This document shows positions 36,305 through 46,821 of a DNA stretch of 64,000 nucleotides, piece by piece. The notes under the pieces are model-generated. The model saw only the letters and a program-made list of their open reading frames with translations. It was not told the DNA's origin and did not search any database. A program made the position numbers and the translations under genes. Source of the stretch: Gammaproteobacteria bacterium (GTDB lineage Bacteria > Pseudomonadota > Gammaproteobacteria > JAADGQ01); the NCBI GenBank assembly GCA_015490755.1, contig WFXF01000087.1, forward strand, positions 57,441 through 121,440. Reading direction: 5' to 3'. Every line of letters begins with the position of its first letter. Positions within the stretch are counted from its first letter, which is position 1.

Positions 36305-37855
36305 ATGCATAAAAAAATATTTTGGACGCTTGCATTCATTATTTTGTTCACAAGTTTATTTATATCAGGCCAGGCTTTTGCTACTGAAAATATCGGTTTT
36401 GGTGAGGCCATTGATATATGGTTTGGTGTATTGGTCGGTTATATTGCTGCCATCTCGTTTTTCGATATTTTGTTTTTTACAGACGATTACAAACTCCCTT
36501 TTGCTGTTGCATGGCTTATTGTCGGTGCTGTTTTTTTCACGATCCGTATGGGTTTCATTAATGTAAGAGCTTTTACTCATGCCATTCAGTGCGTTCGAGG
36601 GCGTTATGACAATCCAAATGATGTTGGTGAAACCAGCCATTTCCAGGCGCTGACAACCGCACTCTCTGCCACCGTAGGACTTGGTAATATCGCCGGTGTT
36701 GCAATCGCCATCAGCATCGGTGGGCCAGGCGCAACACTCTGGATGATTGTCGCTGGCTTTTTTGGAATGACGGCTAAATTCACAGAGTGTACTTTGGCGC
36801 AAATGTATCGAAAAGTTCGCCCCGATGGTCATATCATGGGGGGGGCTATGGAGTATTTAAGCCAAGGCTTGGCCGAAGTAGGCTGGGCCAGGCTGGGTAA
36901 AGTGCTGGCCATATTATTTTGCATTCTGTGTATTTTAGGCTCTTTCGGTGGTGGAAATGCTTTTCAGGTCAGCCAGTCACTTGGAATCGTGCAGCAAAGC
37001 ATTCCATTTTTGGAGAGTAACTCCTGGATTTTCGGGGTCATTATGATGACGCTGGTTGGTGCGGTCATTATTGGCGGAATCAGGCGCATTGCTCATGTGA
37101 CCGAAGCCGTCGTACCTACAATGTGTGGCATCTATGTGGTTGCCTGCCTCTGGGTTATCCTGACTAATATGCCTGAAATCCCCGCCGCATTTTCATCCAT
37201 AATTACTGGTGCCTTTTCACCTGAAGCAGGGCTGGGTGGTGTGATCGGTGTATTGATTGTCGGTTTTCAACGTGCTGCATTTTCTAATGAAGCCGGTATT
37301 GGTTCCGCAGCCATCGCCCACTCAACCGCAAAAACACAATACCCCGTAAGAGAAGGTATAGTTTCACTGCTAGAACCTTTTATCGATACCATCGTTATCT
37401 GCACCATGACAGCTTTAGTGATCATTATTACCGGTGTTTACAGTAGCCCTGAAACTGCTGAACTGGTTGCAAATAAACAAGGTGCAGCATTGACCAGCGC
37501 CGCTTTTGGTAGTGCCATTTCATGGTTTCCTGTCATACTGACAATATCTGTCACTCTATTTGCTTTTAGCACAATGATCTCTTGGTCTTTTTATGGTGAG
37601 CGCTGCTGGTCATACCTGTTTGGTGATCAATCATCCATCATTTATAAATTATTATTTTTACTATTCGTTTTATTAGGCTCCATAACCAGTGCCCCCAATA
37701 TTTTAAATTTCAGTGACTTAATGATTTTACTCATGGCAATTCCTAACCTGATTGGACTCTATTTTCTGCATGGAAAAGTAAAAGTGGCACTTCGCGGTTA
37801 TATGAAAAAATTAAAAAACGGTGAATTTGAGAAAGAGCACCAGCATCCGTTATAA
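36305..37855 (+). CDS. alanine/glycine:cation symporter (AGCS family)
   Basis: 516 aa, polytopic. 'FQALTTALSATVGLGNIAGVAIAI' and 'FSNEAGIGSAAIAH' are AGCS signatures. Confidence 0.85.
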   Translation: MHKKIFWTLAFIILFTSLFISGQAFATENIGFGEAIDIWFGVLVGYIAAISFFDILFFTDDYKLPFAVAWLIVGAVFFTIRMGFINVRAFTHAIQCVRGRYDNPNDVGETSHFQALTTALSATVGLGNIAGVAIAISIGGPGATLWMIVAGFFGMTAKFTECTLAQMYRKVRPDGHIMGGAMEYLSQGLAEVGWARLGKVLAILFCILCILGSFGGGNAFQVSQSLGIVQQSIPFLESNSWIFGVIMMTLVGAVIIGGIRRIAHVTEAVVPTMCGIYVVACLWVILTNMPEIPAAFSSIITGAFSPEAGLGGVIGVLIVGFQRAAFSNEAGIGSAAIAHSTAKTQYPVREGIVSLLEPFIDTIVICTMTALVIIITGVYSSPETAELVANKQGAALTSAAFGSAISWFPVILTISVTLFAFSTMISWSFYGERCWSYLFGDQSSIIYKLLFLLFVLLGSITSAPNILNFSDLMILLMAIPNLIGLYFLHGKVKVALRGYMKKLKNGEFEKEHQHPL

Positions 37856-37903
37856 TGCGCTGCTATTTTTTTAGACCCCCTCTATATATTCAGGAATAAA
37901 AAA

Positions 37904-39499
37904 TTGTTAACAACAGCCAATATCACCATGCAGTTCGGGGCCAAACCCCTTTTTGAAAATATTTCTGTCAAATTTGGCAATGGCCATCGCTACGGTTTGA
38001 TTGGCGCAAATGGCTGTGGAAAATCAACTTTGATGAAGATTCTCGGTGGTGATCTCGAACCTTCCGCCGGCACTGTTTCTATTGATGTTAATGAACGCAT
38101 TGGTAAATTACGTCAGGATCAGTTTGCCTACGAAGAGTTCAAGGTCATTGATACCGTCATCATGGGGCATACCGAGTTATGGGATATCAAAGAAGAGCGT
38201 GATCGTATTTATTCATTGCCTGAAATGAGTGAAGAGGATGGCATGAAAGTCGCCGATCTTGAAGTCCAGTTTGCTGAAATGGACGGTTATACCGCAGAGT
38301 CACGCGCAGGTGAACTCTTGTTAGGGCTGGATATTCCGCTGGATCAACATAATAGCTTGATGAGCACAATTGCCCCCGGCTGGAAGTTACGCGTTTTATT
38401 GGCTCAGGCACTTTTTTCTGATCCAGATATTTTATTACTGGATGAACCGACCAATAACCTTGATATTAATACCATCCGCTGGTTAGAAGAAATTCTCAAA
38501 GCGCGTAGCAGCACTATGATTATCATTTCACATGACCGTCATTTTTTAAACAGTGTTTGCACTCACATGGCTGATCTGGATTATGGTGAACTCTGCCTTT
38601 TCCCGGGTAATTATGATGAATATATGACCGCAGCGACTCAGGCACGTGAACGTTTACTGTCAGACAATGCCAAGAAAAAGGCGCAAATTGCAGAGCTGCA
38701 AAGTTTTGTCAGCCGTTTTTCTGCCAATGCCTCCAAAGCAAGACAAGCCACTTCTCGTGCCAAATTGATTGATAAAATTCAGCTGGATGAAGTCAAGCCT
38801 TCCAGCCGGGTCAGTCCATTTATTCGTTTTGATCAAGATAAAAAACTCTATCGTCTGGCGCTGGAAGTTGAAAAAATGAGTAAAGGTTTTGATGACCTTA
38901 AATTGATTAAAGACTTTAATTTAATGGCTGAGGTTGGCGAGCGTATCGCCATCATTGGCCCCAATGGCATAGGTAAAACCACTCTGCTTCGCTGCCTGGT
39001 CGGAGAGCTTGAACTGGATAGCGGTACTGTTAAGTGGTCAGAAAACTCTAATGTTGGTTTTTTTGCACAAGACCATGCAGCTGATTTTGAACAAGATATA
39101 AAACTATTCGACTGGATGGCACAATGGACTAAAGAGGGCGATGATGATCAGGTCATTCGCGGCACTTTAGGGCGTTTACTATTCTCTCGTGATGATATCA
39201 ACAAGTCCGTCAAAGTGCTTTCAGGAGGAGAGCAAGGCCGAATGATGTTTGGTCGGTTAATGCTACAAAAACCTAATATTCTCGTGATGGATGAGCCGAC
39301 AAACCACCTGGATATGGAGTCAATTGAAGCACTGAATCTGGCGCTGGAAAATTATCCCGGCACACTGATTTTTGTCAGCCATGACCGTGAATTTGTTTCA
39401 TCACTGGCCACACGTATTATCGAAATGAAACCCGAGGGGATTGTCGATTACCAGGGAACTTATGATGAATACCTGCATAGCCAAGGGATAGAGCAATAA
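37904..39499 (+). CDS. ybiT: ABC-F family ATPase YbiT
   Basis: 531 aa, essentially collinear with E. coli YbiT from residue 1 ('[37 protein letters not shown]...[22 protein letters not shown]'). Two ABC cassettes and a TTG start. Confidence 0.9.
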   Translation: MLTTANITMQFGAKPLFENISVKFGNGHRYGLIGANGCGKSTLMKILGGDLEPSAGTVSIDVNERIGKLRQDQFAYEEFKVIDTVIMGHTELWDIKEERDRIYSLPEMSEEDGMKVADLEVQFAEMDGYTAESRAGELLLGLDIPLDQHNSLMSTIAPGWKLRVLLAQALFSDPDILLLDEPTNNLDINTIRWLEEILKARSSTMIIISHDRHFLNSVCTHMADLDYGELCLFPGNYDEYMTAATQARERLLSDNAKKKAQIAELQSFVSRFSANASKARQATSRAKLIDKIQLDEVKPSSRVSPFIRFDQDKKLYRLALEVEKMSKGFDDLKLIKDFNLMAEVGERIAIIGPNGIGKTTLLRCLVGELELDSGTVKWSENSNVGFFAQDHAADFEQDIKLFDWMAQWTKEGDDDQVIRGTLGRLLFSRDDINKSVKVLSGGEQGRMMFGRLMLQKPNILVMDEPTNHLDMESIEALNLALENYPGTLIFVSHDREFVSSLATRIIEMKPEGIVDYQGTYDEYLHSQGIEQ

Positions 39500-39500
39500 A

Positions 39501-39821
39501 TCAGTCAAAAAAGCCCTGCTCATGCGGGGCTTTTTTGACAAGAACTTCTTTCTCTTTCCGACTCATTTTTTTGATTTCATGCTCGCGCTTCGCGGCTTCT
39601 GAGCGTGTGGCCACTAACTCTTTATAAATCAGCCTGACAGGCCTTCTTGCTCGCGTGTATCGAGCTGCTTTCAGATCATCCTGATTATGCTCATCAATGC
39701 GCCGCAAAACATCTTTTGCAATGCCTGTATAAAAACTACCATCCGAGCAACTAACAATATAAATTTGCCACTCACTCGACACTATAACGAACCCATAGAT
39801 GGTGTTTTTCCCCTGGAGCAA
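39501..39821 (-). CDS. GIY-YIG nuclease-family protein (UPF0213/YhbQ-like)
   Basis: 'WQIYIVSCSDGSFYTGIAKDVLRRIDEHN' and 'REHEIKKMSRKEK'. The true start is probably internal (GTG), which removes the 50-bp overlap with the upstream gene. Confidence 0.75.
   Translation of the reverse strand: MLQGKNTIYGFVIVSSEWQIYIVSCSDGSFYTGIAKDVLRRIDEHNQDDLKAARYTRARRPVRLIYKELVATRSEAAKREHEIKKMSRKEKEVLVKKAPHEQGFFD
39509..39536 (+). terminator. intrinsic terminator after ybiT (palindromic A-run/T-run, potentially bidirectional)
   Basis: AAAAGCCCTGC-tcat-GCGGGGCTTTTTT begins 10 bp after the ybiT stop. It overlaps the last codons of the convergent GIY-YIG gene. Confidence 0.6.
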
Positions 39822-40677
39822 TCAGTACGACATCATCTGCGGCATTTGCACTCTCCACACAAACCATATTAAGGTAACCATCCTTCCCCAGATCCCCCAT
39901 TCGTTCCGACTTTTCAATCCAGGGATTCCAGACAATCGTTGATTCACTATTGAGCTTACTGATTCGAATACGGCGCTTCAAACCCGGATCATCGATCACG
40001 CAATCTTCAGTGGACTCCAGATAGATCCGATCCGTTTCCTGATCAAATTGCACATCTCCCACCTGTTGCTTTTTCTGCTCACTGCCATCCACTTTATCCA
40101 GATATGGGCAACCATCCAAACCATTGATCGTAATATTGCGCACGTCACTGACAGCAAAGTAAGTATGTAATGCATCACCCACCGTAATTGCAGATTTTCC
40201 TGTATTACGTGTCACCAAATCAATCTTAAGCGAGTCACCAATAATGAAATGTATTTCCAGCTCAGCAGAATATGGCCAACCATCATGGTTTCCACCCTCT
40301 TGTATCAGACGAAAAGCAATCAGTGTTGTATCATCTTTTAATGCTTCTGTTTGTATCACTTCCCATAACGCTGTCCGTGCAAAACCATGTGCAGGCAACG
40401 AAGAGTTCGCCGAATGATCACCAAACCAGGGCCAACAAACAGGAATACCTCCGCGAATTGGTTTCCCGCTTTCAAAGCTTGCCTCTTGAGACATCCATAT
40501 CACCGGCTCACCACCTTTTGGCACCCAACTCATCAAATGAGCACCTTGCAGAGATATACTTGCCGAAGCATGAGCATTGTCTATTTCAACAATCGAAAAG
40601 TGCTCGGAAATTGTTTTAAATACGACTTGATCATCAATACCAAAACAACTATTTAATACGGCTATATCTGTATTCAT
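39772..40677 (-). CDS. D-hexose-6-phosphate mutarotase (YeaD-like aldose 1-epimerase family)
   Basis: 301 aa with 'PIRGGIPVCWPWFG', 'HGFAR' and 'NPW'. Confidence 0.8.
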   Translation of the reverse strand: MNTDIAVLNSCFGIDDQVVFKTISEHFSIVEIDNAHASASISLQGAHLMSWVPKGGEPVIWMSQEASFESGKPIRGGIPVCWPWFGDHSANSSLPAHGFARTALWEVIQTEALKDDTTLIAFRLIQEGGNHDGWPYSAELEIHFIIGDSLKIDLVTRNTGKSAITVGDALHTYFAVSDVRNITINGLDGCPYLDKVDGSEQKKQQVGDVQFDQETDRIYLESTEDCVIDDPGLKRRIRISKLNSESTIVWNPWIEKSERMGDLGKDGYLNMVCVESANAADDVVLIAPGEKHHLWVRYSVE

Positions 40678-40688
40678 AAATCTGCTTC

Positions 40689-43094
40689 CTATATTTTATC
40701 CAGGGTTGTACTAGCCTCTTCCCTGCCTACAAAGTTTTCATTCGAGTTAATTGCTTTTTTCAGATGCTCTTTTGCCTGCGTAATATTTCCCTGTTTATAA
40801 TAGGTCATTCCAAGATGGTACTGAAAAATTGCAATATTCGGAGCCTGTTTAACTGCTCGCTCCAGCAACACTTGCGCTTGTTTCAGCTCTCCTTTTTTAT
40901 AGTAAATCCAACCTAATGTATTAAGAAAAACAGGGTTTTTAGATGTTTCAAAGTGACGCACCAACTCCAACGCACGATCTATACTGGATTCATCTTCTTG
41001 AAGAGTCGCAAGTAATACGGCTAAATTGTTGGTGGCAACATCAACACTGGTATTTTTTTTACGTAAAAACTCATAGACTGAAATAGCATTTTCAACTTCA
41101 CCAGCCTCTTCATAAACCTTTGCAAGCTCCAGGGCAATATTAAGATTTTCGGGCATAGCTGATAGTGCCTGGCGATAAATACGTATTGCTTCTTCTGTAT
41201 TTTTTTGTGTTAGGTACAGGTTAGCAAGATCAGTATAAGCATCCGCATGGCGCGGATTAAGCTCAATAGCCTTTATAAGCGCACTTTCTGCTTTTTTAAA
41301 CTCATTATTAAAGGCATAAACTTCACCCAGCAATGCATAAGCTGCAGCTAGCTCAGGTGAAGTTTTGAGGATTTTTTTAATTGCCTTAATAGCGCTTTCA
41401 GCATCACCTTGAATAATAAAATTTTTGTAAATTCGAAACAGTTTAGTAAGGGGTTCTGATGAATCCTTTGAACGCTCCAAAGCACCTTCAAACTCTGAGC
41501 TGGCCTCACTCTCTTTTCCTTGTGCTTGATAGAGCTGACCCAATCGATAATAACCCACAGCCTGATCAGGATAGGCTAACTTAATTTCAGCTGCTGTCTG
41601 CTCTGCTCCTTTCCAGTCCATCTGTTTAGATTGAATATCTATCTTGGCCAAAAGCCCTTCCAAATGTTTAGGAGATAATTTAAGCAACTGATTAACGGCA
41701 TCCAGCGCAGCAGCATACTCCTCGTTTGCCATTAAGATGCGAGTTAATCCAAACCAGCCACCCACATCACCAGGGTTTAGTGACAATGATTTATAGATTC
41801 TGTCCTTAGCCTTTTCCAACTCTGAATTTGCAGCATAAGCCAGCGCCAGAAGTTTCAATACGCCAGCAGAGTCAGGCTGTACTTTCAAAACTGCTTCCAA
41901 ATCTTTAATAGCCTCTTCGGCCTCTTGTCTGGAAAGTGATAGTTTACCTCGTGCAAGCAGTGCATCACGATCAGATGGATTTTGTTGAAGCACCTCATCC
42001 AATAGTAAACCCGCTTCTTCAGCCTGCCCTTCCTGCAACAAAGTGAGTGCTAATTTATTACGTGCAAGAATGCCATCCTCTCCGGAATGATCAAGCTGTA
42101 AAATATTTCGATAAAGTTTTTCAGCTTCATCCAGGCGCCGTGATGACATGTATAATTCAGCTAAAGCGAAACGCAACGTCAATGCTTCAGGCTGATCCTC
42201 AATCGCTGTCATAAGCTCTTTTTCAGCCACTTCACTGCCTTTTTTTGAAGCTAAAAACTTACTTAAAAGGACAACGCGCTGCGGATCTTTCGGATCAAGT
42301 TTAACCAAAGTCCGCAATATCTCTTCAGCTTTTGCCAACTGATTGGTATTTGAATAGAAGGTTGCCAAACGAACACGGTGTTTTAGTTCTTCTGGTTCAA
42401 TGGAAACCAACTGTTTTAGAATCTGTTCACTCTTTTCAGGTTGATTTTGATTCAGTAAAATTTGTGACAAAGAGAGGTGAAGTGCCGCACTTTTGGGGTT
42501 TGCTTCAATTGCTCGTTGCAATATTTCATCAGTCTCACTCAAATCACCCGCTTTGGTGTAAAGCGTTAGTAGTAAAATTGCGGCTCCAGACTGGGTTGCA
42601 TCCGCATCAAAAACGGCCTTGGCCTCCATGATTGCATCATCAATTTTCCCATCATTCGCCATCATGACGGCTCGAATCATTCGTGCTTCAGGATCATTAG
42701 GGTTCTTTGCTAGAACAGAGTTAACCATCTCGCGACATTTATCAACCTTACCTGCTTGCAAGTATAGTTTGGCCAGTTTAATTCGAGCTTCAACATGGTC
42801 AGGGTCAAGCTCAATGACTTTTGAATAGTATTTAAAAACAGCAGACCAATTTTTGTTTTTTTCTTCAATTTTGGCCAGGAGATAATAAGCATCCGTAAGC
42901 TTTTTCTCATCTTTAACCGTATCAAGCACTGTAGTTAACGCAGTTTGCGCCTCAACATAATCCCCTTTATCGAAAAGAACCTTTCCTTTTTGCAATTCAC
43001 TGATCTTCGGTGCCTCACTACTGCTGCAACCCACCAGCAACGCACCACACAGTAAAAATATTGAATATCTGCTTTTTTTGTCATTGATAGCCAT
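40689..43094 (-). CDS. large tetratricopeptide-repeat lipoprotein
   Basis: 801 aa with the lipobox 'ALLVGCSS', followed by about 20 consecutive TPR units (A..Y..AL...P....A...LA..Y). Confidence 0.75.
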   Translation of the reverse strand: MAINDKKSRYSIFLLCGALLVGCSSSEAPKISELQKGKVLFDKGDYVEAQTALTTVLDTVKDEKKLTDAYYLLAKIEEKNKNWSAVFKYYSKVIELDPDHVEARIKLAKLYLQAGKVDKCREMVNSVLAKNPNDPEARMIRAVMMANDGKIDDAIMEAKAVFDADATQSGAAILLLTLYTKAGDLSETDEILQRAIEANPKSAALHLSLSQILLNQNQPEKSEQILKQLVSIEPEELKHRVRLATFYSNTNQLAKAEEILRTLVKLDPKDPQRVVLLSKFLASKKGSEVAEKELMTAIEDQPEALTLRFALAELYMSSRRLDEAEKLYRNILQLDHSGEDGILARNKLALTLLQEGQAEEAGLLLDEVLQQNPSDRDALLARGKLSLSRQEAEEAIKDLEAVLKVQPDSAGVLKLLALAYAANSELEKAKDRIYKSLSLNPGDVGGWFGLTRILMANEEYAAALDAVNQLLKLSPKHLEGLLAKIDIQSKQMDWKGAEQTAAEIKLAYPDQAVGYYRLGQLYQAQGKESEASSEFEGALERSKDSSEPLTKLFRIYKNFIIQGDAESAIKAIKKILKTSPELAAAYALLGEVYAFNNEFKKAESALIKAIELNPRHADAYTDLANLYLTQKNTEEAIRIYRQALSAMPENLNIALELAKVYEEAGEVENAISVYEFLRKKNTSVDVATNNLAVLLATLQEDESSIDRALELVRHFETSKNPVFLNTLGWIYYKKGELKQAQVLLERAVKQAPNIAIFQYHLGMTYYKQGNITQAKEHLKKAINSNENFVGREEASTTLDKI

Positions 43095-43223
43095 ACAATA
43101 TCTCTTTACGATGTCACTCTAATAATTCTGTTCATCATACCTAAATTCCAAAAATTATTTAAAATAATCAGTATAATCCAATAATCCAAATGATTGATCG
43201 AAGTACGGAAGTTTCACTCTACA

Positions 43224-44114
43224 ATGACTCCAAACGAATACTGCCAAGATAAGGCATCAAAAAGCGGCTCAAGTTTCTATTACAGCTTTCTTTTTCTTCC
43301 CCCTAAAAAGCGTCAAGCAATTATTGCGCTCTATGCATTTTGTCGTGAAGTCGATGATATCGTAGATGAATGCACTGATGAAGCAATCGCTCACACCAAG
43401 TTACAGTGGTGGCGCAGTGAAATTGATGCCATTTTTTCTGGTAACGCGCAACACCCCGTCAGCAAAGCTTTGGATGAAGCCCGTCAAAATCACTATCTTC
43501 CTCAAGAATATTTTCTGGAAATTATCGATGGCATGGCGATGGATCTTCAGCATTGTGAATATGAAAGTTTCAAACACTTAGCTCTCTACTGTTATCGTGT
43601 GGCTGGTGTTGTGGGTTTAATGTCTGCTGAAATTTTTGGTTATACTGATCGCAAAACACTCAAATATGCTGAAAATTTAGGTACTGCCCTGCAACTGACT
43701 AATATTTTACGAGATGTACGTGAAGATGCAGACAGGGGTCGAATCTATCTGCCACAAGATGATCTGCAACGCTTCGGTATTTCCAGACAAGATATTTTGC
43801 AACATAAAATGTCGAATAATTTTCAAAAAATGATGAAGTTTCAGGCAGAACGTGCAAGAGAGTACTACCAATCAGCCATGAAAAAACTTCCTGATATTGA
43901 TCGTCATGCACAAATGAGCGGCTTGGTGATGGCTGAAATTTACAGGACAACACTCGATGAAATTGAAAAGGATGGATTTCGAGTGCTTGAACATCGCACC
44001 AGATTAACTCCACTCCGTAAATTATGGATTGCTTACAAAACAGCAAGAAAAGAGAGACGTTTGTATAAAGCTTTTAAAAAACAAACAGAAATAAAACAAG
44101 GCGATAAACTGTGA
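43224..44114 (+). CDS. squalene/phytoene synthase family protein, HpnD (presqualene diphosphate synthase)-like
   Basis: 'SFYYSFLFLPPKKRQAIIALYAFCREVDDIVDE', 'YCYRVAGVVGLM' and 'LQLTNILRDVREDADRGRIYLP'. The ATG at 43224 is preferred over the TTG at 43194. Confidence 0.75.
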   Translation: MTPNEYCQDKASKSGSSFYYSFLFLPPKKRQAIIALYAFCREVDDIVDECTDEAIAHTKLQWWRSEIDAIFSGNAQHPVSKALDEARQNHYLPQEYFLEIIDGMAMDLQHCEYESFKHLALYCYRVAGVVGLMSAEIFGYTDRKTLKYAENLGTALQLTNILRDVREDADRGRIYLPQDDLQRFGISRQDILQHKMSNNFQKMMKFQAERAREYYQSAMKKLPDIDRHAQMSGLVMAEIYRTTLDEIEKDGFRVLEHRTRLTPLRKLWIAYKTARKERRLYKAFKKQTEIKQGDKL

Positions 44115-44165
44115 TCATGTTGGCTTTCCGCTGTCTACTACCTTGTTAAGTATTATCTAAGCCCT

Positions 44166-45209
44166 TTATCTAACCTGAAAGCCTGTAGTGACTCCAGCCA
44201 ATACTTCAGCCATTGCAACGCCAATACGCTCTGCAATCTGCTCAAAATAGTCAGGATGCCTTGTAAAGTCTTCAATTTGCTCAACACCTATCAATTCACG
44301 AGCAACATAACTACTGCTTCCTAAACCGTCAACCAAACCAAGCTCTACACTTTTTTCACCCGTCCAGACCAGACCACTAAACAGAGAATCATTGCCCGCT
44401 TGCAAACGGTCACCACGACCTTTTTTAACCACATCAATAAATTGCTGATGAATATTATTTAATAACCCTTTGATATGTTGCTGGTCTTCAGGCTGCGCGG
44501 GTGAAAATGGATCCATAAATCCTTTATGTTCACCCGCTGTTAACAAACGACGCTCAACACCCAGTTTTTCCATCGCTCCAGTAAAGCCAAAGCTATCCAT
44601 CAATACACCAATAGATCCGACTATACTGGCCTTATCTGCATAAATTTCATCAGCTGCCGCAGCTATGTAGTAACCGCCCGAGGCACACATATCAGTAATC
44701 ACTGCATACACAGGAATGTCTGGGTACAACTCTCGAAGACGATATATTTCATCATTAACATAGCCTGCTTGCACAGGGCTTCCACCGGGGCTATTAATTC
44801 TCATAATAATACCCGCAGTATTTTTATCGTCAAAAGCAGTTCGCAAGCTGGTGATCAAATTATCAGCACTGGCTTCGGTATTGTCCGCAATAACACCTTG
44901 CACCTCTATAAGCGCAGTATGTTGACCTGAACTCATTCCCCCACTACTGCCAATTTTACCTGGCAAATAAAGTATGAGTAATATTGCCAGGTAAATAAAC
45001 ATTAAAGATTTGAAAAAAATACCCCAGCGTCTTGCCCTGCGTTGCTCTTGAAGTGATGCCAATGCAACCCGGCTAATTAGATTACGTTCCCAGGGCTCTT
45101 CTTTTTTAGCTCCCCCTTCAACTTGTTGTTCACTTTTTTCAACAGGCTTCTCTTCCTGCCTGGCATTCCAGGGAACTTCTCTTTTTTCTGGTGAGATTTC
45201 GTCAGTCAT
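44166..45209 (-). CDS. sppA: signal peptide peptidase SppA, 36K type (S49)
   Basis: 347 aa with one TM helix, 'INSPGGSP' and 'MCASGGYYIAAAADEIYA'. Confidence 0.85.
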   Translation of the reverse strand: MTDEISPEKREVPWNARQEEKPVEKSEQQVEGGAKKEEPWERNLISRVALASLQEQRRARRWGIFFKSLMFIYLAILLILYLPGKIGSSGGMSSGQHTALIEVQGVIADNTEASADNLITSLRTAFDDKNTAGIIMRINSPGGSPVQAGYVNDEIYRLRELYPDIPVYAVITDMCASGGYYIAAAADEIYADKASIVGSIGVLMDSFGFTGAMEKLGVERRLLTAGEHKGFMDPFSPAQPEDQQHIKGLLNNIHQQFIDVVKKGRGDRLQAGNDSLFSGLVWTGEKSVELGLVDGLGSSSYVARELIGVEQIEDFTRHPDYFEQIAERIGVAMAEVLAGVTTGFQVR

Positions 45210-45221
45210 TTTTAATTATAT

Positions 45222-45872
45222 TCAAGAGTTCAGCCAGTCATAAATTTGTGTCACATCATCGACACAACCAGCAGGGTTAAACGGTAAAAAACGTGTTGGC
45301 TCATGAACACCATAACTCACACCAAGTGAGTGTGTTTTAGCATTAAAGGCCATCTCCATATCGTAACTTGTATCTCCAATCATTAAAGTTTGATCTGGAG
45401 TGACATTGAGTTCACTCATAATTTCGTTCAGCATTCTAGGAGCTGGTTTTGAGTCCGTTTCATCTGCACAACGAGTCGCATGAAATAGAGAGCAAAGCTT
45501 GTGAGAAAGCAAGACTCGATCCAGACCCTGCCTGCTTTTTCCGGTAGCAACAGCCAGCTTATAACCTTCAGAGCTTAACATATTGAGAATCTTTTCCGCT
45601 CCATCAAAAAGCGCCATTTCAGAAAAATTATCACTTAAAAAGTGTTCACGGTATCGTTCAGTATAAGCTTTAATCATTACTGCACTTATATTTGGATAGA
45701 GCTTTAAAATAGCCTCTTTCATCCCCAAACCAATAACATCACGTAGTATCGAGTCACTTAAAACAGGTAGTTCAAGGTCTGCACTGCTTGCACGTAAACA
45801 TGAAACGATACGACTCTCTGAGTCCATCAAAGTACCATCCCAGTCAAAAACCAATAACTTAAATTTTTTCAT
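45222..45872 (-). CDS. HAD-superfamily hydrolase
   Basis: 216 aa with 'LVFDWDGTLMDS', 'ATGKS' and 'MIGDTSYDMEMA'. It overlaps the end of rluC. Confidence 0.75.
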   Translation of the reverse strand: MKKFKLLVFDWDGTLMDSESRIVSCLRASSADLELPVLSDSILRDVIGLGMKEAILKLYPNISAVMIKAYTERYREHFLSDNFSEMALFDGAEKILNMLSSEGYKLAVATGKSRQGLDRVLLSHKLCSLFHATRCADETDSKPAPRMLNEIMSELNVTPDQTLMIGDTSYDMEMAFNAKTHSLGVSYGVHEPTRFLPFNPAGCVDDVTQIYDWLNS

Positions 45873-46821
45873 TTTCTAGCTGTATTAAATAATTATTTAA
45901 TTCTGCAGGGAGCTGAGCGATAAAGTGATACTGCTTATTTGTTCGTTTCAACTTGAACTTTAACGAATATGCGTGCAAAAACATTCGTTTCAACCCTAAC
46001 CTGCGAATACTTTTATTAAAAGGAAAGTCACCATACTTATTATCACCAACAACAGGAAACCCGAGCGATGCAGTATGCACCCGAATCTGGTGAGTACGCC
46101 CCGTTAAAAGCGATATATCCAACAACGTCATTTCCCGAAAAACTTTATTGGGTCTGATGATGGTTTTCGCTATCTTGCACTCCTCCCCTTTCTTTGCTGG
46201 ACGCACTCCCTGTTTTTCATCATTCACCAGCGGAATATCAACAAGAAGCTCATCACGATCCCAACAACCCTTAACTAATGCCTGGTAGCTCTTTTCAATA
46301 TTATTATTTACTTTTAATAACTCGTGTAACTCAATGAGAGTCAATCTGTTTTTAGCTACAACCAGACATCCTGATGTTGCTCGATCCAATCTATGAACAA
46401 GTTCTAAAAAAGGGGCATCAGGAAAAATAAATCGAAGTACATCAATAATACCGTATTGAATTCTACTGCCTCTATGCACAGCAATACCAGCAGGCTTATT
46501 CAAAACAAGAAGGTCATCATCTTCATAAATAACACTTTTCAATACCTGATTTAAGAGATGTTTGCCAGGTTGAATATCCCTATCACGGACAGCTTTATAT
46601 CGTACAGGGGGAATTCGCACTACGTCACCCAGCTTAAGTTTATAAACAGGTTTGATGCGACCTTTATTGACTCTTACTTCGCCTTTGCGCACTATTTTGT
46701 AGATATGTGTTTTAGGAACACCTTTTAAATGACATAACAGGAAATTATCAACACGCTGCCCCTCATGCTTCTCATCCACCTCAATTTTCTGTACCTTATT
46801 TAAAACTTCGCTAACATTCAT
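45859..46821 (-). CDS. rluC: 23S rRNA pseudouridine(955/2504/2580) synthase RluC
   Basis: 320 aa with an S4 domain, 'HRLDRATSGCLVVAK' and 'GRTHQIRVH'. It is divergent from rne, as in E. coli and Pseudomonas. Confidence 0.85.
   Translation of the reverse strand: MNVSEVLNKVQKIEVDEKHEGQRVDNFLLCHLKGVPKTHIYKIVRKGEVRVNKGRIKPVYKLKLGDVVRIPPVRYKAVRDRDIQPGKHLLNQVLKSVIYEDDDLLVLNKPAGIAVHRGSRIQYGIIDVLRFIFPDAPFLELVHRLDRATSGCLVVAKNRLTLIELHELLKVNNNIEKSYQALVKGCWDRDELLVDIPLVNDEKQGVRPAKKGEECKIAKTIIRPNKVFREMTLLDISLLTGRTHQIRVHTASLGFPVVGDNKYGDFPFNKSIRRLGLKRMFLHAYSLKFKLKRTNKQYHFIAQLPAELNNYLIQLENEKI

Noticed and set aside
40689-43094. The 801-aa TPR lipoprotein resembles the PEP-CTERM-system TPR lipoprotein PrsT.
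   Set aside because: The resemblance rests only on size, the lipobox and TPR content. No exosortase, PEP-CTERM proteins or EPS genes are in the window. It is left as a generic TPR lipoprotein.
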